A stretch of 64,000 nucleotides of DNA from contig OY762940.1 in NCBI GenBank assembly GCA_963667255.1, positions 288,001 to 352,000 on the forward strand, given 5' to 3'. This DNA is from Candidatus Cloacimonadota bacterium (GTDB lineage Bacteria > Cloacimonadota > Cloacimonadia > G963667145). Below the pieces are notes generated by a model that had not been told where the DNA came from, did no database searches, and was given only the letters and a program-made list of their open reading frames with translations. The translations under genes and the position numbers were made by a program. Shown in pieces: positions 20,228-32,359 of this stretch (positions within the stretch are counted from its first letter, which is position 1; every line of letters starts with the position of its first letter).

Positions 20228-20842
20228 ATGGAAAATTTATTTCTTGACCAAAAAAAAACACTTCACACTTGCAAGGAAGAAGATTGCAAAAATTGTAATG
20301 TATCAAAAGATATTAACTGTCATTTCAACTTAAAGCAGTTACTAAACTTTTTACTTATTGCTCTTCCCCCATTCATTATCGGTGGATATACCATTTATAC
20401 TCATAATTGGATATTTTTAGCAATTTGGATAGTAATTATTCTCTTATATTTCGGCTTAGTTGAAATTAGGGTAATGTGTTCTCACTGTCCGCATTATGCT
20501 GAGCCAAAACTAAAAACTCTCAAATGTTGGGCAAACTATGGTGCACCAAAATTGTGGAAATATAGACCGGGACCAATGAGCATAGCAGAAAAAACTATTT
20601 TTTTATTTGGAATGAGTGTTGCGTTTTTATACCCTATTATTTTCCTCGTCATAGTAAAAGAATGGTTTTTATTATTTATCTGCATAATGACCACTATCGC
20701 ATTTTTTGCCACTCTAAAAAATTTTTTGTGTGCACATTGTATAAATTTTGCATGCCCATTCAATACTGTTGATAATGATACAAGAAATAAATTCTTCGAT
20801 AAAAATGTGGTTGTAAAACAAGCATGGAAAAAAGAAGATTAA
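20228..20842 (+). CDS. Four-helix membrane protein with Cys/His clusters
   Basis: Two hydrophobic helix pairs followed by CSHCPHY and CAHCINFACPFN. Confidence 0.7.
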   Translation: MENLFLDQKKTLHTCKEEDCKNCNVSKDINCHFNLKQLLNFLLIALPPFIIGGYTIYTHNWIFLAIWIVIILLYFGLVEIRVMCSHCPHYAEPKLKTLKCWANYGAPKLWKYRPGPMSIAEKTIFLFGMSVAFLYPIIFLVIVKEWFLLFICIMTTIAFFATLKNFLCAHCINFACPFNTVDNDTRNKFFDKNVVVKQAWKKED

Positions 20843-21387
20843 TAATTGTAGGTGGAGCTAATGGTGTAGGCAAAACAACTTTTGCTTATCAATATCGAGA
20901 TGAATACAAAATTGATTATCTTGGAGCTGATGAAATTGCTTTGAGAATCAGCAAGACAGAAAAAAAAGATGTTGAATTAAAAGCAGGCAAAGAATTTTTC
21001 AAAACTCTTGATGAATATTACAATAAAAACAGATCAGTAATTATTGAATCAACTCTTTCTGGAATTGGATTATCAAAAAAACTTAAAAAATTTAAAGAAA
21101 ATGGTTTTACTATCCATCTACTGTATGTTTTTTTGGACGATATAAATTTATGTAAAAGTCGTGTTGCTGCAAGAGTCAAAAAAGGCGGACACGATGTCCC
21201 TTCTAAAGACATTGAAAGAAGATATTATCGCAGTTTTGCAAACTTAAAAAAAATATATCTTCCATTAGCAGATACTTGGCAAATTATATATAATGGATTG
21301 AAAAGACCTATTGAAATCGCTATTTCCGATAATAATTCAGAAATGATAGTTGATGAAGAATATTATAAAAAATTTTGGGAGCTTTAA
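20824..21387 (+). CDS. Zeta-toxin-like P-loop kinase/ATPase
   Basis: GGANGVGKTT, ESTLSG, RVAARVKKGGHDVP. Confidence 0.85.
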   Translation: MEKRRLIIVGGANGVGKTTFAYQYRDEYKIDYLGADEIALRISKTEKKDVELKAGKEFFKTLDEYYNKNRSVIIESTLSGIGLSKKLKKFKENGFTIHLLYVFLDDINLCKSRVAARVKKGGHDVPSKDIERRYYRSFANLKKIYLPLADTWQIIYNGLKRPIEIAISDNNSEMIVDEEYYKKFWEL

Positions 21388-21389
21388 AA

Positions 21390-21548
21390 ATGAATAAAAG
21401 TGATTTAAAAAAGACAAAAAAGAAAATCAGTGCTAAAGCATTGCAACAATTCGCTGACAATAGACGGATTTTTAATAAAGCCGTAGAAAAAGCGATTGAA
21501 GAGAACAAGAAAGCAAAAATATTAACTGAAAATCTTTATGCTAAATAG
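21390..21548 (+). CDS. Small basic protein, probable partner of the zeta-like ATPase (52 aa, not in ORF track)
   Basis: ATG 2 nt after the zeta-like stop; MNKSDLKK...AVEKAIEENKKA...LYAK*. Confidence 0.6.
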   Translation: MNKSDLKKTKKKISAKALQQFADNRRIFNKAVEKAIEENKKAKILTENLYAK

Positions 21549-21575
21549 TCCTTTAGAGAAAACCAAACCACCCTA

Positions 21576-22907
21576 TCATCGTCTCCGCAATCCCTTCGGT
21601 AAATAGTTGTTTAGTCTGCCGTTAGCGACCTTGCCCCAGCCAACTCCATAACCATCAACCGTAACCAAGCACCAACCTTTGGGCAAATGGACACTCAAGC
21701 TCTCACCTGCCAAATAGTCCGCCAATCCCAAATCACTACTCTCAAAATTCAAGCTGTTTACCACATCATTCGCCGTGAGATGCAAAGCCAAAGCATGCGA
21801 AGGCTCAAATCTATTCTTGGCGACTCCGCCCAAATGAAGCCCGAAATTTAGCACCCGCAAATCGCTCAAATCAAGATTTTGCTCAAAATCGTTTAGATAC
21901 AAATTGTCGTTCAGCAGGCACAACCGACCCGATAAACTCTCTCTCAAAAATTCTCGCTGGAATCCCTCCCACAGCTCATTTTTCTTGATACTCTTGGGGA
22001 ACTCTCTTTTGGATTTGGAAACAAATTTAGACGATTCATTCTTTTGCAAAACAGCCACAAAATGCCCCTCTCCCTTGTGGATATGCGGATAAATTTGCAG
22101 GGAGCTGAACTTGCCAAAGCAATCAACATTCTCAATCTCACTCCTAACAAAATCGGGATGTTCTTGCAAAAATTCGTCAATCTGTTTCTCGTTCTCCTCT
22201 GGGGCGAAAGTGCAAGTGGAATACACCAACCGACCACCATCGGCAAGCATCTTCGCTGCTTCGTGCAAGATTTGCTTTTGCCTCTTCGCACAACCGAGAA
22301 CGCTCTCTAAACTCCACTGACTTGTTGCTTCGGGATTTTTGCGAAACAACCCCTCTCCAGAGCACGGAGCATCCACCAAAATCTTATCAAAAAACAACAG
22401 GAATTTCTTCCCTAACTCCTCAGCCTCGTTATTGGTAACTATCGCTCTTCTTGTGCCAAACCGTTGCAAGTTTTCCCGCAAAATCTTCGCTCTGGAAAAC
22501 ACAACTTCGTTGGCAATAAGCAGTCCGCTATCCCCCAATTTGCTCGTTATCTGCGTAGATTTCCCCCCGGGAGCAGCACACAAATCAAGCACTCTCTCAC
22601 CCACTTTGACATCCAAAGCCTCCACCGGCAACATAGCCGACGGCTCTTGCAGATAATACAAACCCGCTTGATGATACGGATGCAAACTCGGACGAAACCT
22701 CTCCTCAAAATAGAATCCCTCATTGCACCACTGTATCTGCTCCAGCTCAAATTCATCTTTCAGAAACGGCAATCTATCCTTTATCTTCAGAGAGTTAACC
22801 CGCAACCCTTTGGTATGCTTACAATTATAACTATTCGAAAATTCCGAAAACTCCTCATCTCCGAGCTGCTTCTTCATCCTCTCCAAAAACAATTCAGGTA
22901 ATTTCAA
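21576..22907 (-). CDS. RsmB/RsmF (NOL1/NOP2/Sun) RNA m5C methyltransferase
   Basis: YLQEPSAM, LDLCAAPGGKS, VDAPCSGEG, YSTCTF..EENE; C-terminal RsmF-type domains. Confidence 0.93.
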   Translation of the reverse strand: MKLPELFLERMKKQLGDEEFSEFSNSYNCKHTKGLRVNSLKIKDRLPFLKDEFELEQIQWCNEGFYFEERFRPSLHPYHQAGLYYLQEPSAMLPVEALDVKVGERVLDLCAAPGGKSTQITSKLGDSGLLIANEVVFSRAKILRENLQRFGTRRAIVTNNEAEELGKKFLLFFDKILVDAPCSGEGLFRKNPEATSQWSLESVLGCAKRQKQILHEAAKMLADGGRLVYSTCTFAPEENEKQIDEFLQEHPDFVRSEIENVDCFGKFSSLQIYPHIHKGEGHFVAVLQKNESSKFVSKSKREFPKSIKKNELWEGFQREFLRESLSGRLCLLNDNLYLNDFEQNLDLSDLRVLNFGLHLGGVAKNRFEPSHALALHLTANDVVNSLNFESSDLGLADYLAGESLSVHLPKGWCLVTVDGYGVGWGKVANGRLNNYLPKGLRRR

Positions 22908-23501
22908 CTAATCCTCGATTTTGTCATTTTTAATTCGTAGCTCATTCATGACATTCAGAAAATCTTCCTCAATCTCAAGCGGAATAGCAACTTTCGCCGT
23001 AATCTTGTCCGAATACTTCGTGTCAAATATCTCCAAATTCAGCAAATTCAACTTGTAATTCAAACTATCCAAAAGACTGTAAGCCAACTCCACAGAGTAG
23101 GTCACCTTGCATATCAACTGCTCCAAACCGACAGTCTCCACAGCCTCCTCGGTCACAGAAGAATATGCGTCAATCAAGCCGGAAATCCCCAGTTTTACAC
23201 CCCCAAAATATCTGGTAATCATCACACACACATTCGTGATATTCTTGGAAAATAAAACTCCCAAAATCGGCTTGCCGGCTGTCCCTGACGGCTCTCCGTC
23301 ATCAGAAGAATGAAAAATCTCGCCATCAGCACCCACGATATACGCCCAGCAATTGTGACTGGCATTCTTGTGAGAGCGACTAATCTCCGAAATTCTCTCC
23401 TTCGCCATTTGGGCATCATCGACACAAAAAAGGTGAGTTATGAACTCGGAGCGTTTAATTTTAACACTCTTAGTCAACTCACCTTTCAATATATACTTCA
23501 T
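22908..23501 (-). CDS. YigZ/IMPACT family protein
   Basis: ASHNCWAY, SDDGEPSGTAG, RYFGGVKLG. Confidence 0.93.
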   Translation of the reverse strand: MKYILKGELTKSVKIKRSEFITHLFCVDDAQMAKERISEISRSHKNASHNCWAYIVGADGEIFHSSDDGEPSGTAGKPILGVLFSKNITNVCVMITRYFGGVKLGISGLIDAYSSVTEEAVETVGLEQLICKVTYSVELAYSLLDSLNYKLNLLNLEIFDTKYSDKITAKVAIPLEIEEDFLNVMNELRIKNDKIED

Positions 23502-23508
23502 CTAATTA

Positions 23509-25971
23509 TCAGAAAATTTGCTCCTGTTCCATCACATCCGGCTCCTCTTCCTGCACAATCTTGGTAACATCATACACAAAATCTTCGTCCTGCAAACTAA
23601 TCAACCGCACGCCTTGTGTGTTCTTGTTAAAGATGGAAATCTTTTCCACAGACTGACGATTTATTATCCCATTTTTGGTCACGATAATGATGTTGTCATC
23701 ATCAGCCACTTCCAGAAGTTTCACCAATTTCCCGTTCCGTGCAGTCGTCTTGATAGTGATATATCCCTTGGAAGCTCTACGGGTTTTCTTGTAATCGTCC
23801 GCATCAGTTCGCTTGCCATAGCCATTACCACATATGGAAAGAAGAGTTACATTTTCTCTCTTCAAGATAATCATCGAAACCACTTCGTCGCCATCTCGCA
23901 AAGTAATGCCACGCACACCTTTGGAGTTCCGCCCGACAGTCCGCACCTCTTCCTCGCTAAAGCGGTTGGAGTAACCGTTGGTAGTCGCCAAAAGCACATC
24001 GTTGGTGCCATCGGAAATCGCCACATCCACCAGTCTGTCGCCTTGAGTAAGATTGATGGAGATAATTCCGTTAGCTCTCGGCTTGGAAAAACTGCTCAAA
24101 GCAGACTTCTTCACTATTCCGTCTTTGGTAGACATTATGATGTTTTGCGAATCGGAGAACTCGGAAACATTCAAAAACGCCTGTATCTTCTCGCCAGTCT
24201 GCAACGGCAACAAGTTAATTATCGGTCTGCCCTTGGCTATTCTGCTACCCTGAGGCAAATCGTAAACCTTTTGCCAGTAGCACTTACCTGAGTTGGAGAA
24301 GAACAAAATGTAGTCGTGAGTGGAGGCAACAAAGATGTTCTTGATGAAATCGTCCTCTTTCAGAGTAGAGCCGGACAGTCCGCGACCACCTCTATTTTGC
24401 GTGCGGTAAGTATCCGCCGGAATCCTCTTGATGTAGCCCTCGTTGGAGATAGTAACCACAACCTCTTCCTTAGCAATAAGGTCTTCGATTTTCATATCAA
24501 CCGTATTTTTGCCAATCATCGTCCGACGGTCATCACCAAACTTGTCTTTGATTTCCAAAGTCTCATCTTTGATGATGTTCATCCTCAACTCTTTTTTCCC
24601 CAAAATCTCTTCCAACTCTTTTACCAAAATCAAAGTCGCTTGGTAGTCAGATTCGATTTTATCCCTTTCCATTCCGGTCAAGCGTTGCAATCTCATTTCC
24701 AAAATGCTCTTGGATTGTATCTCGCTCAAATTGAACTTGGTAATCAATTGCTCTTGTGCTTCACTATTCGTAGCCGAAGCCCTGATAGTGCTGATAACCT
24801 CGTCCAGATTGTCCAAAGCAATCTTAAATCCTTCCAAAATATGAAGTTTATGTTTGGCATTTTTCAGCCTAAACTGAGTTCTCCGCTCCACAACCTCATG
24901 CCTAAATTCGATGAAATTTTGAACTAACTCAGGCATAGAGAGAATTTTCGGTTCGCCGTTTACCAAAGCCAAATTGATAACGCTGAAAGTCTGTTGCAGT
25001 TGCGTATATTTGAAGAGCTTATTTAGCACCACATCCGCATTAAAGCCTTTCTTCACCTTCACAACCAAACGCATTCCCTGACGCCCACTCTCATCTCGCA
25101 CATCAGAAATATCTTCGATTTTTTTGGTTTTCACAAGCTCCGCTATCTTCTCTATCAGCAAGGTCTTATTCAGTTGATAAGGTATCTCGTGAATAATAAT
25201 TTGTTGCTGATTGTTGGGCTTGTTCTCGATAAACGCCTTGCCTTTCAGCTTGATTTTGCCTCTACCCGTAGCGAAGTATTCATCAATCCCCGATGTTCCT
25301 GCGATAATGCCGCCGGTCGGGAAATCAGGACCTTTTATATATTTTCGCAAATCTTTGTCGTCCAACTCGGGATTGTCCACTTTGGCAATGATGGCATCAC
25401 AAATCTCCTTGATATTGTGAGGAGGCATAGATGTCGCCATACCCACGGCGATACCGGAACTCCCGTTCACCAAGAGGTTAGGGAATTTCGTAGGGAATAC
25501 TTCTGGCTCTTTTTGAGTCTCATCGTAGTTAAACTTGAAGTCAACCGTCTCTTCGCCCAAATCTTCCAAAAGCTCCATAGCAGCTTTTTGCAATTTCGCC
25601 TCGGTGTAACGCATAGCAGCTGGTGGGTCGCCATCTATCGAGCCGAAGTTTCCTTGCCCGTTAACCAACATATAACGCATAATCCAAGGTTGTGCCAAAC
25701 GAACCAAAGTCGGATAAACCACTTGCTCACCGTGAGGGTGGAAGTTACCCGATGTATCTCCGGCAATCTTGGCACACTTCCTAAATCCGCCACCTGGTCG
25801 CAAATTCAACTGCTCCATGGCGTATAAAATCCTGCGTTGCGAAGGCTTAAGACCGTCTCTAATATCCGGCAAAGCCCTTGCCACAATAACGCTCATGGAG
25901 TATTCCATGTAGGACTTTTTCAGTTGATCTTCTATCTCTACATTTACTATCTTGGAACTTTCATCAAACAT
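23509..25971 (-). CDS. gyrA: DNA gyrase subunit A
   Basis: RDGLKP, HPHG, AAMRYTE, GyrA-box QNRGGRG, C-terminal pinwheel repeats. Confidence 0.97.
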   Translation of the reverse strand: MFDESSKIVNVEIEDQLKKSYMEYSMSVIVARALPDIRDGLKPSQRRILYAMEQLNLRPGGGFRKCAKIAGDTSGNFHPHGEQVVYPTLVRLAQPWIMRYMLVNGQGNFGSIDGDPPAAMRYTEAKLQKAAMELLEDLGEETVDFKFNYDETQKEPEVFPTKFPNLLVNGSSGIAVGMATSMPPHNIKEICDAIIAKVDNPELDDKDLRKYIKGPDFPTGGIIAGTSGIDEYFATGRGKIKLKGKAFIENKPNNQQQIIIHEIPYQLNKTLLIEKIAELVKTKKIEDISDVRDESGRQGMRLVVKVKKGFNADVVLNKLFKYTQLQQTFSVINLALVNGEPKILSMPELVQNFIEFRHEVVERRTQFRLKNAKHKLHILEGFKIALDNLDEVISTIRASATNSEAQEQLITKFNLSEIQSKSILEMRLQRLTGMERDKIESDYQATLILVKELEEILGKKELRMNIIKDETLEIKDKFGDDRRTMIGKNTVDMKIEDLIAKEEVVVTISNEGYIKRIPADTYRTQNRGGRGLSGSTLKEDDFIKNIFVASTHDYILFFSNSGKCYWQKVYDLPQGSRIAKGRPIINLLPLQTGEKIQAFLNVSEFSDSQNIIMSTKDGIVKKSALSSFSKPRANGIISINLTQGDRLVDVAISDGTNDVLLATTNGYSNRFSEEEVRTVGRNSKGVRGITLRDGDEVVSMIILKRENVTLLSICGNGYGKRTDADDYKKTRRASKGYITIKTTARNGKLVKLLEVADDDNIIIVTKNGIINRQSVEKISIFNKNTQGVRLISLQDEDFVYDVTKIVQEEEPDVMEQEQIF

Positions 25972-25995
25972 ATTATCTACTTCCTTTAATCTATC

Positions 25996-27969
<1,974 letters not shown>

Positions 27970-27984
27970 TCAAGCTAAAAAAAG

Positions 27985-28020
27985 AAAAACACCATTAAAA
28001 AGCGTTTTAATGGTGTTTTT
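27985..28020. terminator. Bidirectional-type terminator between tyrS and gyrB
   Basis: Perfect 16-bp stem AAAAACACCATTAAAA-AGCG-TTTTAATGGTGTTTTT. Confidence 0.75.
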
Positions 28021-28156
28021 CAGTATTTTATGTTTTTTAAAGTCCCTACCTTTCAAAAAATGAAATTCCCTGAAATAACATAAATTTCAAATCTTTTTCT
28101 ACAAGTTAGCCCAAAATTTCAGAAAATTCACCTTCAAAAAAAGCATAACTAACTTC

Positions 28157-29386
28157 TTAGATTACCTTTACCAAGAAGTATCTTTTTTTACCAGCTTTCA
28201 AAATAATTTGCCCATCTTTTATCATCTCTTTGCCAACAATAGCTTCTATATCGCTTATCGTTTCCTCGTTGATTTTAGCTCCGCCCTGCTCTATCAGCCG
28301 TCTGGCAGCAGATTTGGATTTGCACAAATCGGTCATCGCATACAAATCGGTCACCTTGAAATCGGCATTTAGTGCAGACTCGGCAATCTCTGTACTCGGC
28401 ATCCCCTCCAAATCTACCTCACCACCTGCGGAAAACATCGATTTGGCAGCAGACAACGCTTTGTCAGCTTCATCTTGCCCGTGAATTATTTTGGTCTGCT
28501 CATACGCAAGCAACTCTTTTACCCGATTAAGCTCCTGACCTTGCAAATCCTCATACTTGGCTATCTCTTCCAAAGGCAAAAAAGTGAACATCTTCAAAAA
28601 CCTCACGGCATCTTCGTCAGGCACATTTCTCCAATATTGGAAATACTCATACGGAGTAAACTTGTTCGCATCCAAAAAGACAGCACCTTTTTCGCTCTTG
28701 CCCATCTTCTTGCCGTCAGCTCTGGTAATCAGAGGAAATGTCATCCCAAAAGCCTCTTTACCCGAAATCCTCCGAATCAAATCCACTCCGGCAACGATAT
28801 TGCCCCACTGGTCGTCTCCGCCCATCTGGATATTGCAACCGTAATCCCTATTCAACACCATAAAATCGTAAGACTGCAAAAGTTGATAGTTGAACTCAAT
28901 AAAAGACAACCCCTTCTCCAAGCGAAGTTTATACGCCTCAAAAGAGAGCATCTTGTTTACGGAAAAGTGCTTGCCAATATCTCGCAGAAAATCGATATAA
29001 TTCAAATCCGCCAGCCAATCTTTGTTGTTGGCAGTTTGAGCTGTCTCTCTGGTAAAATCAACCACTTTCCCCAACTGCTTAATAATTTTTTGGGAATTGG
29101 ACGCAATCTGCTCTTTGCTCAACATCTTACGCATCTCAGTTTTGCCAGATGGGTCGCCTATCATCGCAGTGCCTTCGCCCAAAAGCACGATAACCTTGTT
29201 ACCGCCCTCTTGCAAATGATGAAAAGCAAAAAAAGGAACAATGTGCCCGATGTGCAAAGAATCTCCGGTAGGGTCAACGCCAACATAAACCGTTGCCTTG
29301 CCACTATTTAACAAATCCCTAACCTTCGCTTCGTCTGTGCATTGTTTAAAAAAACCTCTCGCTTTCAAAGTCTCAAAAACTCCCAT
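28157..29386 (-). CDS. tyrS: Tyrosine--tRNA ligase
   Basis: HIGH, GGDDQWGN, KMGKS, C-terminal S4 domain. Confidence 0.97.
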   Translation of the reverse strand: MGVFETLKARGFFKQCTDEAKVRDLLNSGKATVYVGVDPTGDSLHIGHIVPFFAFHHLQEGGNKVIVLLGEGTAMIGDPSGKTEMRKMLSKEQIASNSQKIIKQLGKVVDFTRETAQTANNKDWLADLNYIDFLRDIGKHFSVNKMLSFEAYKLRLEKGLSFIEFNYQLLQSYDFMVLNRDYGCNIQMGGDDQWGNIVAGVDLIRRISGKEAFGMTFPLITRADGKKMGKSEKGAVFLDANKFTPYEYFQYWRNVPDEDAVRFLKMFTFLPLEEIAKYEDLQGQELNRVKELLAYEQTKIIHGQDEADKALSAAKSMFSAGGEVDLEGMPSTEIAESALNADFKVTDLYAMTDLCKSKSAARRLIEQGGAKINEETISDIEAIVGKEMIKDGQIILKAGKKRYFLVKVI

Positions 29387-29434
29387 TTCTACCTCACAAA
29401 TTATTTTTTCTAATCTATATTACAAAATCAACCG

Positions 29435-30538
29435 CTAACAGGCACTCTTTACCAAGAAGCCTCTAACCAACTTCGCCGTCTCTTCCGAAGCAGATTTGTC
29501 CCCGATGTTTTCCCTAATCGCATCTATATCCGCCTTCAGCTTGTCGTGATGTTTGCCCTCTTCCAAATAATAGTCGATATTCTTGCAGATATTCGCAAAA
29601 CTCACCTCATCTTGTAGCAACTCCGGCACAACCAGTTTCCGCATAATGATATTGGGCAAACCGACATAATTGAGCTTCACGAACTTTTTCGCCAAATAAT
29701 ACATAAAAAAATCGGCGATGTAAACTATGACAAAAGGCGTTTCGCACAGAGCAGCCTCCAAAGTGGTCGTTCCCGATTTTACCACCAAAAAGTCGCTGTA
29801 TTTCAGCACATCATAGTTGTTGCCCCTCGCCAAAGACACATTCTCCATATTTCTAAAAAATCCCGAATCCACAGAATCGCTGACAGCTATGATAAATTCG
29901 TAATTCTCATAAGCCTTGCAAACCTTCTTAAAAACAGGCAACAACCTCTTAACCTCCGAATTGCGACTCCCCGGGAACAGCCCGATAACTTTTTTCCCCG
30001 ATGCCAAATGGAACTTCTTTCGGAAATCTTCCTTGCAAAACGACGGAGTCAACTGCTCAACTACAGGATTGCCGACATACACCGAGTTTATGCCCTTTCT
30101 CTGCAACAAATCGTATTCAAACGGGAAAATGGAAGCCACAACATTCACATACTTCTTAATATCCTTCAACCGCTTGGCTTTCCACGCCCAAAATTTCGGA
30201 CAAATATAATAAACAACCGGAATCCCCAACTCGTGAGCGTATTTCGCCAAAATCATATTGAACCCGGGGAAATCCACCAGCACCACCAAATCGGGGCGTT
30301 CATATTTGAAAATCGTTAATATCTTTCGCTTGAGTTTCCAAAAAGAGACGAATTTTTTCAGCACATCGACAAACCCCATCACACTCAAAGAATCGCAATT
30401 TTTGATGAGCTTGCACCCCGCTATTTCCATATTAATTCCACCCAAACCGAAATTGCGAAAGCTGGGAAGCCGCTTGATAACATAGCTGGCATGCACATCG
30501 CCGGACTTCTCTCCAGCAGACCAAAAAATGCTCTTCAT
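29435..30538 (-). CDS. lpxB: Lipid-A-disaccharide synthase
   Basis: AGEKSGD, VDFPGFN, WAW, PGSR, SGTTTLE. Confidence 0.93.
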   Translation of the reverse strand: MKSIFWSAGEKSGDVHASYVIKRLPSFRNFGLGGINMEIAGCKLIKNCDSLSVMGFVDVLKKFVSFWKLKRKILTIFKYERPDLVVLVDFPGFNMILAKYAHELGIPVVYYICPKFWAWKAKRLKDIKKYVNVVASIFPFEYDLLQRKGINSVYVGNPVVEQLTPSFCKEDFRKKFHLASGKKVIGLFPGSRNSEVKRLLPVFKKVCKAYENYEFIIAVSDSVDSGFFRNMENVSLARGNNYDVLKYSDFLVVKSGTTTLEAALCETPFVIVYIADFFMYYLAKKFVKLNYVGLPNIIMRKLVVPELLQDEVSFANICKNIDYYLEEGKHHDKLKADIDAIRENIGDKSASEETAKLVRGFLVKSAC

Positions 30539-31527
30539 CGAATTCTCCTACATATTTTGACTACAATAGTTCGTAGCACGACCCGCTGATTTATGGTGGA
30601 ACTTTTCAGCAATCTGTCCGCTTTTTGCAATAACAAAAAAATCTGCAAAATCTCTTTTTTCGTGTATCTCCGCCCATACTGCAAGTAGTCTTTGCGATAA
30701 TACGCATGCACATCTCCCAAGTGATTTGCCAGAATTTCCGCATCGCTGGTCTTCCCGCTCAAAGCAACCACTTTGAACAAAGCGTTAAAAAATTTGAACA
30801 AAACACCAACTATCATCACACCGGAGACACCATTTTCCAAAATCTGCTCCAGGAACAGCAACGCCTTCCCACATTTCCTCTCGCCCAAGCAATTTTGCAT
30901 CTCAAACACCGAATGCTCCCGCGAACCAAGCAAATACTTTTTGATATCCTCGTCAGTTATAATCTCTTTCTTGCCAAACAACAAAAAAAGTTTTTCGCAC
31001 TCTTTGGAAATTTGTGCGTAGTCGAGCTCCACACTTCTGGCAAAAATCTGCAAAGCATCGTCCGTAAATCGCAATCCTGTTGACTTCAAATATTTGATAA
31101 CCTCGCCCGAATTGTAAGGCTTCTTGCAACTAACCTCAAGATAATCTTTGCACAATTTCGCACAATTTTTGTCTCTCTTGTCAAATTTGTCGGCGGTAAT
31201 CACCACACTGACATTGGTAGGCACACCTTGTGCAAGGTATTGTAAAATATTGTCTTTGTCCGATTTGGAACCGATTTTGTTGAAATAGCTGAGCAAAACA
31301 AATTTGTCGGAAGAAAAAAAGGAGATGCTCTCCAGAGCAGAAAAAAACTCCTGTGCCACAGTCTCATCGCCATACAACCTCACAAACTCCGTCGCCTTGG
31401 CATCGCACAGAGATTCAGCCCTCTTCACCACTCTATCCATCAGATATGTGTCGTCTCCATTCACCAAGGTAAGAGGAGCACTGACGAGTGTTTTGTCTTT
31501 TAAATATTTATCTGCATAAATCAACAT
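30535..31527 (-). CDS. holA: DNA polymerase III delta subunit
   Basis: Length, SFFSSDK, DKR, ECEKL and ADRLLKSS features typical of HolA. Confidence 0.8.
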   Translation of the reverse strand: MLIYADKYLKDKTLVSAPLTLVNGDDTYLMDRVVKRAESLCDAKATEFVRLYGDETVAQEFFSALESISFFSSDKFVLLSYFNKIGSKSDKDNILQYLAQGVPTNVSVVITADKFDKRDKNCAKLCKDYLEVSCKKPYNSGEVIKYLKSTGLRFTDDALQIFARSVELDYAQISKECEKLFLLFGKKEIITDEDIKKYLLGSREHSVFEMQNCLGERKCGKALLFLEQILENGVSGVMIVGVLFKFFNALFKVVALSGKTSDAEILANHLGDVHAYYRKDYLQYGRRYTKKEILQIFLLLQKADRLLKSSTINQRVVLRTIVVKICRRIR

Positions 31528-31534
31528 TTTGCAT

Positions 31535-32335
31535 TCAATTTCCCGACAATATCAAAACGAAACTAAGCAAAGAAAAGCAAAAACAATAATAAGCAAAATA
31601 TTTCAGCTTGGCAGCCGAAATCATTTTTAACAATACGGATATCACCAAATAACCACTCACAAAAGCAAAACACGCTCCCAGCAAGCAATCTGCCAAACTG
31701 ACGGAAGCGGAAATTTCGTCCAATTTCAAAAAAAACGCTCCACCAATGGCGGGTATAGACAGCAAAAAAGAGAATCTGGCAGCATCTACCCGGTTAATCC
31801 CCAAAAATACGGAAGTGCAAACCGTGAGTCCGCTTCGGGAAATCCCGGGGATGATAGCCAAAGCCTGTGCAATCCCAATAAAAAATGCTCTACCGAAACC
31901 CATACTTCCTGCATCCAATTTCTCCCAGTTCACTCTGTCCGACAGCAAAAGCACGGCACCCGTTACAAGCAACATACCGCAAACAAGCAACGGCTTGGAA
32001 AAAATCTTCTCAAAGGTGTCTTCAAACAACAAACCCAAAATACCCGTCACAAATGTTGCCGACAAAAGAAAGAGAACTTCCCGACGAGCCGAGAGTGTCT
32101 CCACATCTTTGTTGCCAAACTTAAAAAATTTGCAAATCAATCTCGCCAAATCTCGACGAAAATAGATTAAAACCGCCAACAACGAGCCAAGATGCAAAAC
32201 GATTTCCAAAGAGACATTGTTGCTCTCCATTCCCAAAAAATGCTGAAAGATTACCAAATGCCCCGAAGAACTAATCGGCAGAAATTCACTCAACCCTTGG
32301 ATAATCCCCAAACCAATAATTTTCAAATAATGCAC
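31535..32335 (-). CDS. uppP: Undecaprenyl-diphosphatase
   Basis: QGLSEFLPISSSGH, PGISRSG, FSFLLSIP. Confidence 0.95.
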   Translation of the reverse strand: MHYLKIIGLGIIQGLSEFLPISSSGHLVIFQHFLGMESNNVSLEIVLHLGSLLAVLIYFRRDLARLICKFFKFGNKDVETLSARREVLFLLSATFVTGILGLLFEDTFEKIFSKPLLVCGMLLVTGAVLLLSDRVNWEKLDAGSMGFGRAFFIGIAQALAIIPGISRSGLTVCTSVFLGINRVDAARFSFLLSIPAIGGAFFLKLDEISASVSLADCLLGACFAFVSGYLVISVLLKMISAAKLKYFAYYCFCFSLLSFVLILSGN

Positions 32336-32359
32336 GCAATCCTCCGAAACAAAAACCCG

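Larger units (their letters stand above)
15845..21548 (+). mobile_element. Integrase-less integron-like gene cassette array
   Basis: Nine co-oriented, mostly AT-rich accessory ORFs; two attC-like sites; cassette start/end core complementarity; repeated leader ending in GTT; no tyrosine recombinase in the window. Confidence 0.7.
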
